Source: Perna viridis
Taxonomy: Eukaryota
NCBI GenBank assembly: GCA_037379345.1
Contig: CM074523.1
Span: forward strand, 29,294,995-29,358,994
DNA length: 64,000 nucleotides
Direction: 5' to 3'
In this document: positions 13,660 through 25,516 of the stretch, in pieces
Layout of the letters: each line of letters begins with the position of its first letter
How positions within the stretch are numbered: position 1 is the first letter of the stretch
Position numbers and translations under genes: made by a program
The notes under the pieces: model-generated
Told to the model about the DNA's origin: nothing
Database searches by the model: none
What the model saw: only the letters and a program-made list of their open reading frames with translations

Positions 13660-14052
13660 GTTAACCAATGATCATCAATTTAATCCGTCATTTTCGAAAA
13701 TGCTGCCATCAATTATTCAATTTAACCTACATTTGGTTAAATAATTGCAATTTAATCAATAATTTTAAAAAATGCTGTAATTATAAGTTTATTTAAATCA
13801 TACATTTGGGTAAAGATTTGTAATTTAATTAATTACTTTCAGAAATGCTATAATCGTTAATTTAATTTTATCGTACATTTGTTTAAATAATTGTAACTTA
13901 ATCAATAACTTTCAGATATACTGCAATCATTAAATAAATTTAATCGTACACTTGGTTAAATGATTGTAATTTAATCAATAACTATAACAAATGCTGTAAT
14001 CATTAAATAAATTTAATTTTACATTTGGTGGATTGATTGATTGATTGATTGT
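13660..14052. repeat. AT-rich ~62-bp minisatellite (~6 copies) followed by (GATT)n
   Basis: Recurrent TACATTTGGTTAAATAATTGTAATTTAATCAATAA..AATGCTGTAATC units. Confidence 0.75.
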
Positions 14053-14169
14053 CTTTATTTCCTCCATTTTATAAAAATTTACACATGACACATAAATCAA
14101 TTTAGCTACAACATATATACACTACTCAAGAACAAACGAAAACGTACTAAAAAGAGTGAATATTCCCAA

Positions 14170-15000
14170 GTTTGTATAGAAATCAATCTTGCCAAATACG
14201 ATCAAATGCCTTTTCATTGTCCAAAATTATAGCATAACCTGGTGAGTTACGTTCATTTTAAAAGTTGATTGATTCCTTTGCAGAGAAGATGGCTGGGATG
14301 GAGACGTGTTCGTTTAAGAGCCCGAACTTAAGCAGATGCAGCATTACTGTTTTTGACTGATGTAGAGATTCTTAAATTCGGTTCAGCAATGTCCCTTCTA
14401 GTAAATTTGCTATTTCTTTTATAACACGTAATAATCGTTCCTTGTTTAAACGAAGTTGGGACAAATTCATATGGTAGATTCATGTTGAAAAATTCGCAAA
14501 TGAAGTTAACAACCACTTTTCCGCCGTAAATAAGATATTCGTTACAGAGGTGATCTGGTCCTAGTGCATTTCCAGCATGCAAAGTTTTAACCTAATATTG
14601 TACCTCATCAAAGTAATAGGACAGTCTAGTATCGGGTTTAGGAGGCTACGATCGGATTCAAAGTATTTATTAACACACGATGTAATGTTAGAATAAATAG
14701 TATTGTCAAATGAGTCTTCCGACTCGTCATCGTTAGTGAATAAATCGTGGAAATAATCACTCTTAAGTTCGCAGATGTTCGGGTCGTCTGTTGCGGTTGT
14801 ATCAACATAGACAAGTTTTGATACAGGTGAGTTCTTTAGTTTCATTCGTCTTATACCTTTGTAGAAATGTTCAATGTTAATTTCAGCTGCTTTTTTGTAT
14901 TTCGTCATATTTTTCATCTTCCCACAGCTTTTTTGCTGATCGTTTCTGTTTTCTGAATTCTGTTTTGTACGCATTGTTACTGTCGCTCTGATGCCCTCTC
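14170..15000 (-). mobile_element. Degenerate non-LTR retrotransposon (LINE) RT N-terminal region
   Basis: ALGPDHLCNEYLIYGG..FKQGTIITCYK and ERNSPGYAIILDNEKAFDRIW across frameshifts. Confidence 0.75.
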
Positions 15001-15110
15001 GAACGTCCTTCGGATGCCTTATTGACGCATAGTTTCTCTTTGCTTAAAATGAAAGTCATTTATATTGTTCGGTTTCAAATACGTTTCAGGTATGGACGGA
15101 ATTAATACGT

Positions 15111-16662
15111 AACAAACCAGCATGTGTAAAAATAAACATTTTTACTATGATCGTCCATAAAAACATCCACAATACATCAAACAGTTAGAAAAGTCACAAA
15201 ACATCACAACACATGAGCGTAGAATCATCTCCATTGCTGTGCTTTTTCTCCAACTCCCTTGACGACGTCACATCATCAGTGCATACGGTAAACAACGTCA
15301 ATGACGTCAATGGAGCATAATGGCATGAGGGGAAAACCCAGATTTACAGCACTGCTCCCCTTTTTAAAAATATTTCGTCCTCGAAACAAATATTTCTCCA
15401 CAAGTCACAATAAGATACCAATCACAACAGGATCATAGTTACATATTAGTATGCAATATTCTACTTGAAGGATGATATAAATAAATCGTCAAAGGTTTAA
15501 TTATCGGCTAAATTGATTTCAAAGCTTTGAGTAATGACATTCGGGACATTCTTTTCTTATGTGTCCTTTAATGTCACAAAATGAACATTTCATATCACGT
15601 CTGACAGCTTGCACTTCAACTCTTCTCAATTTACTTTTATATCCAGAAGACTTAGTATTTGAATCTGTTACAAACTCCTTTTCTCCGTGTTGTTCACTTG
15701 TATATTTAAGCAATGTGCTCTTGCAATGCTCCTGCAATAGCAATTCCTTAATCAGCTGGTCAACGGAAGACGGTTTTAAAGCTAAAACTCTATCTCCGAT
15801 ATCGCTATCACAATATCCTTTAATAGAATATTCTGTGGTTAGTTCAACTATTGTCAGTTGCGCCTGGGAAAGATTTTCGAACATCTTTCTCAACACGACA
15901 AACATATTCTTGAATATTTTCGTACCTGAACATATGGGTATCTGTTAATTTCATTCTGCATATCTGGGCACTTTCCATATCTACGAAACGGCGCTTTAAT
16001 GCGGTATATACAAGTGAAATATCCTGACGTGTCTCTGGCGATAAAGTAAGAGACATACTCTAAAGCTTTACCTCTCAGTGAGGTTATCAAATGAAAATAT
16101 TGATCACTTGGAAAGCAGTTGTTACGTTTAGCATAAATTGCATCCAGAAATCTTCAAATAGTACATCTCCGCTAAATTCTGACAATAACAACAACACATT
16201 GTGTTAAGTTCATATGCTGCATCTGATATCAAGTCTTCGTGTCCTTTTGGTTAGACATTAAAACACTATGAATTACACAATTCATTTTCCTCCTCTTCTT
16301 AAAAGGTGTTCAATATAGATTAATCTGCTCAGCAAATGAAGTGAGTTCGTTTCTGTACGCAGCTACCAGTGTGATGAAAATAGGTTCATGGGTCGAGCGG
16401 TCAAAAGTTACAACAACCCAGCATGTGTAAAAATAAACACTTTTACTATGATCGTCCATAAAAACATCAACAATACATCAAACAGTTAGAAAAGTCACAA
16501 AACATCACAACACATGAGCGTAGAATCATCTCCATTGCTGTGCTTTTTCTCCAACTCCCTTGACGACGTCACATCCTTAGTGCATCCAATACGGTTAACA
16601 ACGTCAATGACGTTGGCGTAAATATGGAGCATAATGGCATGAGGGGAAAACCCAGATTTACA
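15111..16662 (-). mobile_element. Non-autonomous gag-only LTR element (Ty3/Gypsy-like gag, no pol)
   Basis: Direct repeats at 16370-16662 (TGT..ACA ends) and 15111-15348 (truncated). PBS-like TGGTAGCTGCG next to the 5' LTR, PPT AAAAAGGGGAG before the 3' LTR. Frameshifted gag (LITSLRGKALEY, ALKRRF, CSFCDIKGHIRKEC zinc knuckle). Confidence 0.85.
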
Positions 16663-16965
16663 ATCACTGTAAAGTGTTTTCTTTGAAATACCTTGAATTT
16701 GAGCAAATTGAGTCTGAAGGTATAGAACTTATTTTTAATAACAGAAAATGGTATATTTGTGGTGCATATAAGCCACCGCCAATGACTGATAGTGTTTTCT
16801 TCAATGACTTTACAAATTACACGGATAAAATAACTTGTAACTATGATACTTTCATGATACTTGAAGATTTAAACAAAGAAAAGAGTTCACAACTGAAATA
16901 TTATGTGATATTTTTGATCTCACAAACCTTATTAAAGAAGCTACATGTTTCTGTAAAGGGATGGC
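16663..16965 (+). mobile_element. LINE APE-type endonuclease fragment
   Basis: IESEGIELIFNNRKWYICGAYKPP..FMILEDLN (GDxN-like), typical of CR1-type ORF2 N-termini. Confidence 0.7.
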
Positions 16966-17637
16966 TTTAGATAGACAAAAAGAATAGTTGGACCAATGTT
17001 TATTCAACACTGACCTAACGATGCCCTTAGATAGACAAAGGAGAATAGTTGGACCAAGTTTAATTCAACACTGGCCTAAAGATGACCATAGACAGATAAA
17101 GAAGAATAGTTGGACCAAGGTTGATTCAACACTGGCCTAACGATGACCTAAGATAAACAACAGAGAATAGTTAGACAAATATTTATTCAAAACTGGCCAA
17201 ACGATGACCTTAGATAGACAAAGAACAACAGTTGGACCAAGGTTGATTCAGCACTGGTCTAACGATGACCTTAGATAGATAAAGGAGAATAAATGGACCA
17301 AGGTTGATTCAACATTGGCCTAACAATGACCTTAGATAGACAAACGAAAATAGTTGAACCAAGGTTTATTCAACGCTAACCTAATGATGATCTTAGAAAG
17401 ACAAACAAGAATAGTTGGACCAAGGTTGAGTCAACGCTAACCTAACGATGACCTTAGAAAGACAAACGAGAATAGTTGGACCAAGGTTGAGTCAACGCTA
17501 ACCTAACGATGAACTTAGATAGACAAAGGAGAATAGTTGGACCAAGATTGTTTCACCACTGACCCAACGATGACATCAGATAGACAAAAGAGAATAGTTT
17601 GACCGAGGTTGATTAAACAATAACCAAACGATGACCA
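16965..17637. repeat. 60-bp minisatellite, ~11 copies
   Basis: Unit ~TTAGATAGACAAAGGAGAATAGTTGGACCAAGGTTGATTCAACACTGGCCTAACGATGACC. Confidence 0.9.
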
Positions 17638-18997
17638 TTCATAAGTTTAACGTGCATCCAACCATTATGTACCGATGATGGTTTCGATAAAACTGATATC
17701 CTTTTTCCATTAGAAGATAATGTCAGTATTATTAGCGTGACATACATCGCATTAGTTTAGCATATTTATTCTTATAGTAAAAATGTGCCTGTGTGCATCT
17801 GAATGTAATGGTAGTAAGAGAATTCTGTTATAATAATTACGGGGTGTAATAATGGCAATGGTTTATCAGATACAATGTAGTGAAAATGTTCAATAGTCTT
17901 GTATTTAATAGTAAAATATTAATATGTGCTAATATTTTGTATTTAGGCAGCATTTAAGGAAGCCTTTATACATTTTTGTTCACTTGTGAAAAATAAAGTA
18001 AATTTCAGTTCGTATATTATAGGTCAGTAGCAGTATAAGGAGATCATTATTACAATGATTTAGAATTTGGTTAATAACACTTTCTTTTAAGTTATTATTT
18101 AGTGGTTAAATTAAGAACGTGTAGTAAAAATGTGGTTAAAGCTAAAATATCAGATTTATTATTCATTGTGCCGACGTTTGGGCTACATCATAAAATTGAT
18201 TAACATTCTTTAATTTGTCTTTACTGTATGACAAAAAATGTACATTTAATTATATCTTATTAGCACACTAAATAAAATGGAATGGTGAATTGAAACTAAA
18301 ATTGAAACGGGGGAATGCTATCTGTGTTGAGGCTATGTCGGTCGGTTGAATGAGATCCAAGTAAACATTCAGTGAAGATCCAAAGGTATGAAACAGAGAC
18401 CTTCAAAACATAGACCTTCAAAACATAGTTATCATACATCAAGATGATCCTTATCCTTTATTCGGAATATCTCACGAGATAACTATGGGACTGCAAACTA
18501 ATAATCACTCGGAAAGTCTCTGGGACAATGCTACCACCGAAGAGGCTTAAATACGACCTGACTAATCATTAAAAATAAACAATATTCTCTTAATTTTATT
18601 CCTAGGTTTATAATAATAAGGTCGTATTGAGAAGAACATGGATTCAGATTTAGCCGGATTAAAGTGTACCACTTTCTAACTATATATACTTTTATTAACC
18701 TCCAAGTGGCGAGTATGTAAATTACAACACAGTTACTAACAAGCAAAAGGAAAAATAAATGCACATTCCCATCATACTAACAATACAATACCATTCATGA
18801 ACCATTCAATCACTCGAACATACACCAATCGCGTACATCCTGACACAGATATAAATAACTATCAACACAGTGAACATATATTATGTATATATCAGAGTAT
18901 AATGCATGCAAAATTAATGAAGTAAAGGATTTACCTGAGAAACAACATATTAAAAAAATCATACATATTCGATTACATAAATATGCATATACTAATA

Positions 18998-19655
18998 AAT
19001 GTGGCAACATCCCTTCGGCTCCTTCGTATGGAGTGTTCATATCACAACTCATACGTTATGCCAGAGCTTGCCCAAACTACGCAGACTTTTCGTATCGCGC
19101 TAGACCTCTAACAAATAGGCTTCTGGAACAGGGCTATGTTGCTACAAGATTGAAGTCATCACTACAGAAGTTTTATGGTCGTCATCATGAACTAGTGGAT
19201 CGTTATGGTGTATCCATCAACACCATGAAAACGGATTTATTCAACGGGTCATAGTTTTCCTTTCCTCGTTTGTCTACCCCCGGACTTTTTATGAGCAACT
19301 CGGCGGGTGTTTCTAGAAAAGCAGAGGACGCTTACCCTACCTACATTAGTATCGTTTGGAAGTTTACAGGCCCTTAGATGCTTACGTATATTTCTACCCC
19401 GGACTTGACTTTTTATGAGCAACTCGGCGGGTGTTTCTAGAAAAACAGAGGACGCTTACCCTACCGGTACACCTGGTCCATGCTCCCAGTTTTTAGTGGA
19501 GTCCGAGTTGATCATTTACTTTTGTTACTTTGTATGTATGATTTTAGTTACTTTATGTTCTTTGTTGTGTATGTCTGTTTTCCATGTCTGGTCTTTGTCA
19601 TTGGATTACATTCTTTTGATTACCGCTATAACCTTGGTTCCCTTGATTACTCCTT
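18998..19655 (+). mobile_element. Naiad PLE family A, partial tandem of two 3' fragments joined by ~50 bp of captured flank; followed by a CA-rich tract
   Basis: CGNIPSAPSYGVFISQLIRYARAC..FYGRHHELVDRYGVS; a second 3' UTR copy starts at ~19394. Confidence 0.9.
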
Positions 19656-19689
19656 CAACACAATACACGTTTACGCACAAACATCACAC

Positions 19690-19725
19690 TCCCTCCACAC
19701 ACACATACACCAACAGACGCGCACC

Positions 19726-19760
<35 letters not shown>
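19690..19760. repeat. (CA)n microsatellite
   Basis: Seen directly. Confidence 0.9.
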
Positions 19761-19765
<5 letters not shown>

Positions 19766-20060
19766 CATGCACGCACCATCTAATACACAAATTTATCTTT
19801 TTCGCCTAACAATAGTTTTGTTAACATAGTTTAAATTGAACATTAGTGACCCGTGTATGTTAAGCTTTACTTTACATTTATAAAAGCAAGTTAATGGATG
19901 TTCAGAATAAAATCTGTTCAAACATCGATGTTAAGTTTCAAAAATCGATTGTTATAAATATTGTGATGATTGGACAATATACTCGTTTTATTTTCTGTTG
20001 ATATTTTAGGTTTTAGGTCTATACTGGGGCCTCAGAGAAAGTGGAAAACTTCAGTTTAAA

Positions 20061-20352
20061 ATGAAGAAATCTGTCCTCGTTTACTTGATTCTTACAAAGG
20101 AAATAGTTTTTTGTTCTTATTTCAACACTTTTATCTGCCCATGTCCACTACGCGGTAACGTTTATTCTACAGTAACATTACCATCGAAAGTTTTTTGTGC
20201 CTATCTGTGCAATGCTGTAGAATCATGTGACTGGATTCTCTGGAATGGTGATTCTAAGATTTGTATGTTGCATTCATTTAAACAGTCAGGAGTCTATATA
20301 GACACAACAATAAATGGATTCAAATGGATTGGAAAGAAACCTTCCAGTAGTA
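20061..20352 (+). CDS. Secreted C-type lectin, coding exon 1 (signal-like N-terminus and PAN/apple-like Cys module)
   Basis: SKVFCAYLCNAVESC..WNGDSKICMLH (C-x3-C-x5-C..C pattern); phase-1 donor A|GTAAGC at 20352/3. Confidence 0.7.
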
Positions 20353-21188
20353 GTAAGCCAAAATATAAATTGTTTTATATAGATATATTGCACGAAATAC
20401 TTAGTTACATATTCCTCATAATGAATGTTAGTTTGTGTCAATCTACAGTGTAAAATATGATAATTAAGATAATATTATACTCGTTTCTGTTTCCAACTGG
20501 TTTACCGTAGTGTAATATATATATCTTGAATATCAACTCTAATAAATGAAAGTCAATTTAAAATATCAGAGCAATATATATACGCGTCAAGTTGCCGCCT
20601 AAAGTCCTCGAGTACTAAATTAAAGTGTTTAGAACGTAAGTTGAATTGACGAAATTTAACATTTATGTGAATTAAGAAATCTCCGACCACAGTAAATGCT
20701 TTTTTTGATATTTTCGATATAAGTGATAGAAGGTATTTATATTTAATAAAAAGATAAAAATCTTATAAATATTGCAAATTTCAATTAGCTTTACACGTGT
20801 TCAAGAAGTTACATGTACCTCTTATCAGCAGCATTTTAATCAAATACATATAGGATGATCTGCATCCAAACATTTATTGTACACGAGAAGCATTCTTAAA
20901 TACTGTACTCCGAACCAAAGCTATCGAAATAGGAAACCAAAAATTTATCACCAAGAGGTTCTACATGTACCATGTGCAATTCAAGAAGGAGTTTTCGTTC
21001 AAAATTTTATTTTGGAAAAAAAAAATAAATAATATAAAAAAATAATAAGGGGGTCAGACAGGTCGGACTACTGTATTGGTGAACACAAATGGTAGCTTGT
21101 TTTCCACAGGAGGGGTTACCTTGTGACCGCTGTTAACATTTCGGCATAGTTTTAACTGTTATGGAAATAAATGTTTTAAAATATTTCC

Positions 21189-22154
21189 TACGGAAGCGTA
21201 TTAGGGCCATCCTTTTTTAATTTTTTTTTCAAATTGTCGACTTAAATCTTGGAATTATCAACTTTAATCTTGGAATTATCAACTTTAATCTTGGAATTTC
21301 CAACATTAAACTTGAAAATTTCAATATTAAACTTGGAATTATCAACTTTAATCATGGACTTATCAACTTTAATCATGGAATTATCAACTTTAATCATGGA
21401 CGTATCAACTTTAATCATGGAATTATCAACATTAATCTTTGAATTTCTAATGAACGACCGACCAATGAGTGTCGGATCCAGAGCGTCAAACTTATGAGTG
21501 TCGGACTATCAATGTTATCCATGACATCATCAAACCGGAGCAAAATTCAAACTCGTCATGCAGATAAAACTATATATCACATCAATATTTTCACGACAAA
21601 AACGCCCCGTGCAGGTCCGGGTGAAGAATAGGCCTGCAGCAGCGCTAAGCTTGAAATGAAAGGCGACTAAACAGTGCTCAGAACCCTAACCGGGGGCTAG
21701 GGCGCTCTGCTTACCAGAGCAACTGGGTTGTGTGCCCCAGGTGGTGAAATGGGTACCCCTGGCGTGTTACATGCTGGGGTTGTCAGGCTATAATACTGAA
21801 AACCTGACCTCACCATGTTGGGAAAGATGCCACGTTCCTTGCACGTTAAAGAACCCTACTGTGGTATTCTCCTGGTGTAGGAACCATAGGGCTCGGCCAC
21901 TGAAGGCTAAATTGCCCTACCCTACCCACCTCTCCCTATTTCCAGTGGCAATCAAAATTTGTCGATCCGATTATCCTTTTGTCCCATTCCATTTTTCATT
22001 TCATCATTTCATGTTAATTTTATCATCTATTTCATGTTCATCGCCTGAATATATATGAAATATTCCTGCTCGGGCGTTAAAGTTGATAATTCCAAAATTA
22101 AAGTCGACTATTTGAAAAAAAAATAAAAAAGGATGGCCCTAATACACTTCAGTA
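21189..22154. mobile_element. MITE with ~75-bp TIRs and internal 21-bp tandem repeats, carrying a nested SINE-like element
   Basis: Left end TACGGAAGCGTATTAGGGCCATCC.. is inverted relative to right end ..GGATGGCCCTAATACACTTCAGTA; TTGGAATTATCAACTTTAATC repeats at 21249-21440. Confidence 0.8.
21604..22080 (+). mobile_element. SINE-like element with a structured non-tRNA head and Meta-domain signature (copy 1)
   Basis: Clear homologue of 59132-59641; GCACGTTAAAGAACCC core; GAAATATT..GGCGTTAA tail. Confidence 0.8.
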
Positions 22155-22295
22155 ATATCCTTATGGTCTTTGAATTCTTTGATTATTCAAACATGAAAAT
22201 TGGATGAGGAAAGACACTTTCATTGTAATGATAACAAACGAGTCGTTCTATTGCAAAAGTTTGTTTTGCATCCATATTTTTCTGTAAATTTTCAG

Positions 22296-22472
22296 TATGT
22301 AATCATGATGGTTATGATTATGACATTTCCACAAACACCTGTATTAGATTGGGACAATCTACTTCAGGGGTGACTTGGGTCAATGCTAGAGCCGAATGTC
22401 AGAAAGACGGAGGAGATTTAATCAGTATCTCCACACAGGAGAAGTCAGATTTTGTGTTGGATTACATTGACT
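22296..22472 (+). CDS. C-type lectin, exon 2 (N-terminal half of the CTLD)
   Basis: TTTCAG acceptor, 177 nt in phase 1-1: CNHDGYDYDISTNTCIRL..TWVNARAECQKDGGDLISISTQEKSDFV; GTAAGT donor. Confidence 0.85.
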
Positions 22473-22829
22473 GTAAGTTCAATTAAACAAAACAGATAAA
22501 ACAAGTTAGGAGACATTCTTATAGAAAAAAAATCGCTATCGGGGAATAAATGATAACCAACAGTCGTAGTACAAAGTACGCATGATGCAAAGAACCTTGA
22601 AAGAACATACAGGAATGACCAACTACAATGAACAATTAATGGTGACTTATGTGCTGTGCAAAGGTTAGCATATCCTGCTACTTAAAGTTGATCTGCCAAA
22701 TTAATGTAAATGAGTTCAATGATAAATACACCACCTAGATCAACTGTCCTGTACTACTATATATCGCATATATCGTGTACTAGGCTATAAAAATAAAAAC
22801 TACAAGGATAAATTAATGCTATATTTTGA

Positions 22830-22997
22830 TGTAACCAGGGTTGTCATGTGGTCTAGGAAGCTGGAATTAGAGCAGTAGTATTGCAACATATGCTGGAGTT
22901 TAAGTCCCACTTAGGAAATGACCAAAGATTTTCCCTACAAATTTACAGTATTAGTATCGTTTGGAAGTTTACAGGCCCTTAGATGCTTACGTATATT
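22830..22997 (+). mobile_element. Degenerate tRNA-derived SINE head/body
   Basis: A-box-like TGGTCTAGG and B-box-like GAGTTTAAGTCCC. Confidence 0.4.
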
Positions 22998-23260
22998 TCT
23001 ACCCCGGACTTGACTTTTTATGAGCAACTCGGCGGGTGTTTCTAGAAAAACAGAGGACGCTTACCCTACCCGTACACCTGGTCCATGCTCCCAGTTTTTA
23101 GTGGAGTCCGAGTTGCTCATTTAATTTTGTTACTTTGTATGTATGATTTTAGTTACTTTATGTTCTTTGTTGTGTATGTCTGTTTTCCATGTCTGGTCTT
23201 TGTCCCTGGATTACATTCTTTTGATTACCGCTATAACCTTGGTTCCCTTCATTACTCTTT
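22998..23260 (+). mobile_element. Naiad PLE family A 3' UTR fragment in lectin intron 2
   Basis: Near-identical to 19394-19652. Confidence 0.9.
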
Positions 23261-23534
23261 CCTTTCCTTTCTAAAGTCTAAAGTCAGCTTCCCATCAGCT
23301 AACTTAATAGGCATCGAATTGTCCACTCATGATGATACAGCAGAAAACAATAATATTGTTTAATTCTACAGGATAGTATACAACCATACCGATAAAGATG
23401 TTACGCTACTATAAAATAGCACATAAACTTGCATATTTAGTGAAAAGTGTATCCCAGAAAAATACAAAGTTCATTACCTTTTTTATAGATCTATATCAAT
23501 GTTTTATATGTATGCCTAATAATGACTATTTTAG

Positions 23535-23755
23535 GTTTTGACGGATTATGGATCGGGTTTCGTCAGGGAAAATGGGTTACCGGAGATTCTTTTCTGTCTT
23601 TTGTTCTAGCTAGTGTCAATAATTGGGACTCAGATTACCCGGCTGAAAGTGATCCATCTTGTGGAGCCGTCCATCCTTCGTGGGAATACAAAATTCAAGA
23701 TCAAAGCTGCAATATAAGAACTAAAACATATTTCGTTTGTGAAATCTATGTTTGA
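23535..23755 (+). CDS. C-type lectin, exon 3 (C-terminal half of the CTLD, stop)
   Basis: TTTTAG acceptor; LWIGF..W..NNWDSDYP..CGAV..IQDQSC..YFVCE. Confidence 0.85.
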
Positions 23756-24070
23756 CATGGCTGTAACACTCCTCTTAGAAATCTATGTTTGACACGGCTG
23801 TTACACTCCTCTTAGAAATCTATGTTCGACACGGCTGTTACACTCCTCTTAGAAATCTATGTTTGACACGGCTGTTACACCCCTCTTAGAAATCTATGTT
23901 TGACACGGCTGTATCACTTCTCTTAGAAATCTATGTTTGACACGGCTGTAACACTCCTCTTAGAAATCTATGTTCGACACGGCTGTTACACCCCTCTTAG
24001 AAATCTATGTTTGACACGGCTGTTACACCCCTCTTAGAAATCTATGTTTGACACGGCTGTTACCCTCCTC
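23741..24070 (+). repeat. 37-bp minisatellite (~9 copies) starting in the last lectin codons
   Basis: Unit GAAATCTATGTTTGACACGGCTGTTACACTCCTCTTA. Confidence 0.95.
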
Positions 24071-24564
24071 ATAATTGAGATTACTTATCATACGGACTAC
24101 AGAACTACACTTTAAATAATAAGACCTTAAACAAGTATATTTATTCATTGAATTCATATAATGTATTAAGCAAGTATATTTATCATTTACAAATTCATAC
24201 AAGTTTTGGTAGAAAAACTTATCCAGGTATAGAAGTTCCATGTAACAATTCTGTTATCGATCGTTTAATTATATGTAAGAATATAAAATGGAAAAAAAAC
24301 ACAAAAGCAAATGTGTATTTTTTTAGAATAAGAACATTTATTTTGTCGTTATTTCGAGATTGAAAATATTTCAAGGGCCATCAGAGTATATTAAATTTGT
24401 TATATTTTAGGGTTATTCATGAAATTTTATTATGTCAATTGTACAGAGAGAGACTCCGATGTGCTTTTCGAGTGGATTATTTAAAATCAGTAGACTAGTT
24501 AACAATAAGCATTGCCATTATTTTTTTCTGATATTTCTACATCCCTGTTCATACCTATATGCCT

Positions 24565-24925
24565 ACAACGGTCTCGTGGTAGCAAGGACGTCTCCACCTT
24601 GGATGATCGTGGGTTCGATTCCCAGCAGTCACACAAAAGACTTTAAAATTGGTAGGCGCTGCTTCTCCGCCAATCACGCAGTATTTAAGGGGATAGAATG
24701 ACGGCTGGTTGGGTGGGAGTCAGAACTATGTGTAAGAGTGGGGTGACATGCCTACCTGCAGGCTGTTTCTTCCATGAGCTAACATTAAAAATCCGGGTCA
24801 GCGTGCAAGGCAGGGTCTGTTTATTAGATTCAATTAGTCAATCGTTCTCGTTTTGAAATACAGGATATACAAATATATATTCCACAAGACAGTTTCACCA
24901 TATTAATCAATCAATCAATCAATCA
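24565..24925 (+). mobile_element. tRNA-derived V-SINE (BivaV-like)
   Basis: B box GGTTCGATTCCC; V-domain AAAGACTTTAAAATTGGTA..TGCTTCTCCGC..CACGCAGTATTTAAGG; (TCAA)n tail. Confidence 0.75.
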
Positions 24926-25354
24926 GTTAGTTACTTAATACATCCAGAACGTTAACGAAATTCAACTTCGCATAGATCCTTAAAATATGTCATTCTCATT
25001 TTCCAAAAGATATCTATCGGAGACAAAACAAATATCACTCGGGTCGACCGTACAAGTTGAGAGAGGCTCAATTAAAACCAAGTATCGATAAAATGACAAA
25101 TTAAAAAGAAGAAAAAAAAATGTGGTCATAACATACTTCGTTAAATTTCACATTGTTCACAGTTTCCATAAGTGACCATTAAACCTTCCTCTTGTTGTCA
25201 TATTGATTTTAACGTGGAAAGTTTAAATTTGAAATGTAAAATATTGATGTTAATACGATGTATAATTCAACCAGATGTTACCATGAAACTGTACAATAGT
25301 GTTGAGGAAAATGACTAGTGTATGACAATATAAAATACTAATACATGGTTTAAG

Positions 25355-25516
25355 ATGACAAAGTATTTTGCACTTATATGCCTTCTGCTAGTATGTATTC
25401 GAGGAGACAAAAACCAGCAAGACGAAAATACAGATGACGGTAACGATTATAAATCAGTTCTTGACTTCTTTAAAGAATTAGACACAAGTAAAGATGGGGA
25501 AGTAACAATAGATGAG
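25355..25516 (+). CDS. ER-lumenal EF-hand protein 1, exon 1 (signal peptide and EF-hand 1)
   Basis: MTKYFALICLLLVCIRG signal; loop DTSKDGEVTIDE; phase-0 donor GAG|GTATGT. Confidence 0.85.

Noticed and set aside
16965-17637. Regular 60-bp repeats as a CRISPR array
   Set aside because: The whole unit is repeated with no unique spacers, there are no cas genes, and the context is eukaryotic.
19415-19809. Recurrent hydrophobic ORFs (MFFVVYVCFPCLVFVPG.., MSNSAGVSRK..) at several loci
   Set aside because: They come from the T-rich Naiad 3' UTR and are not a host gene family.
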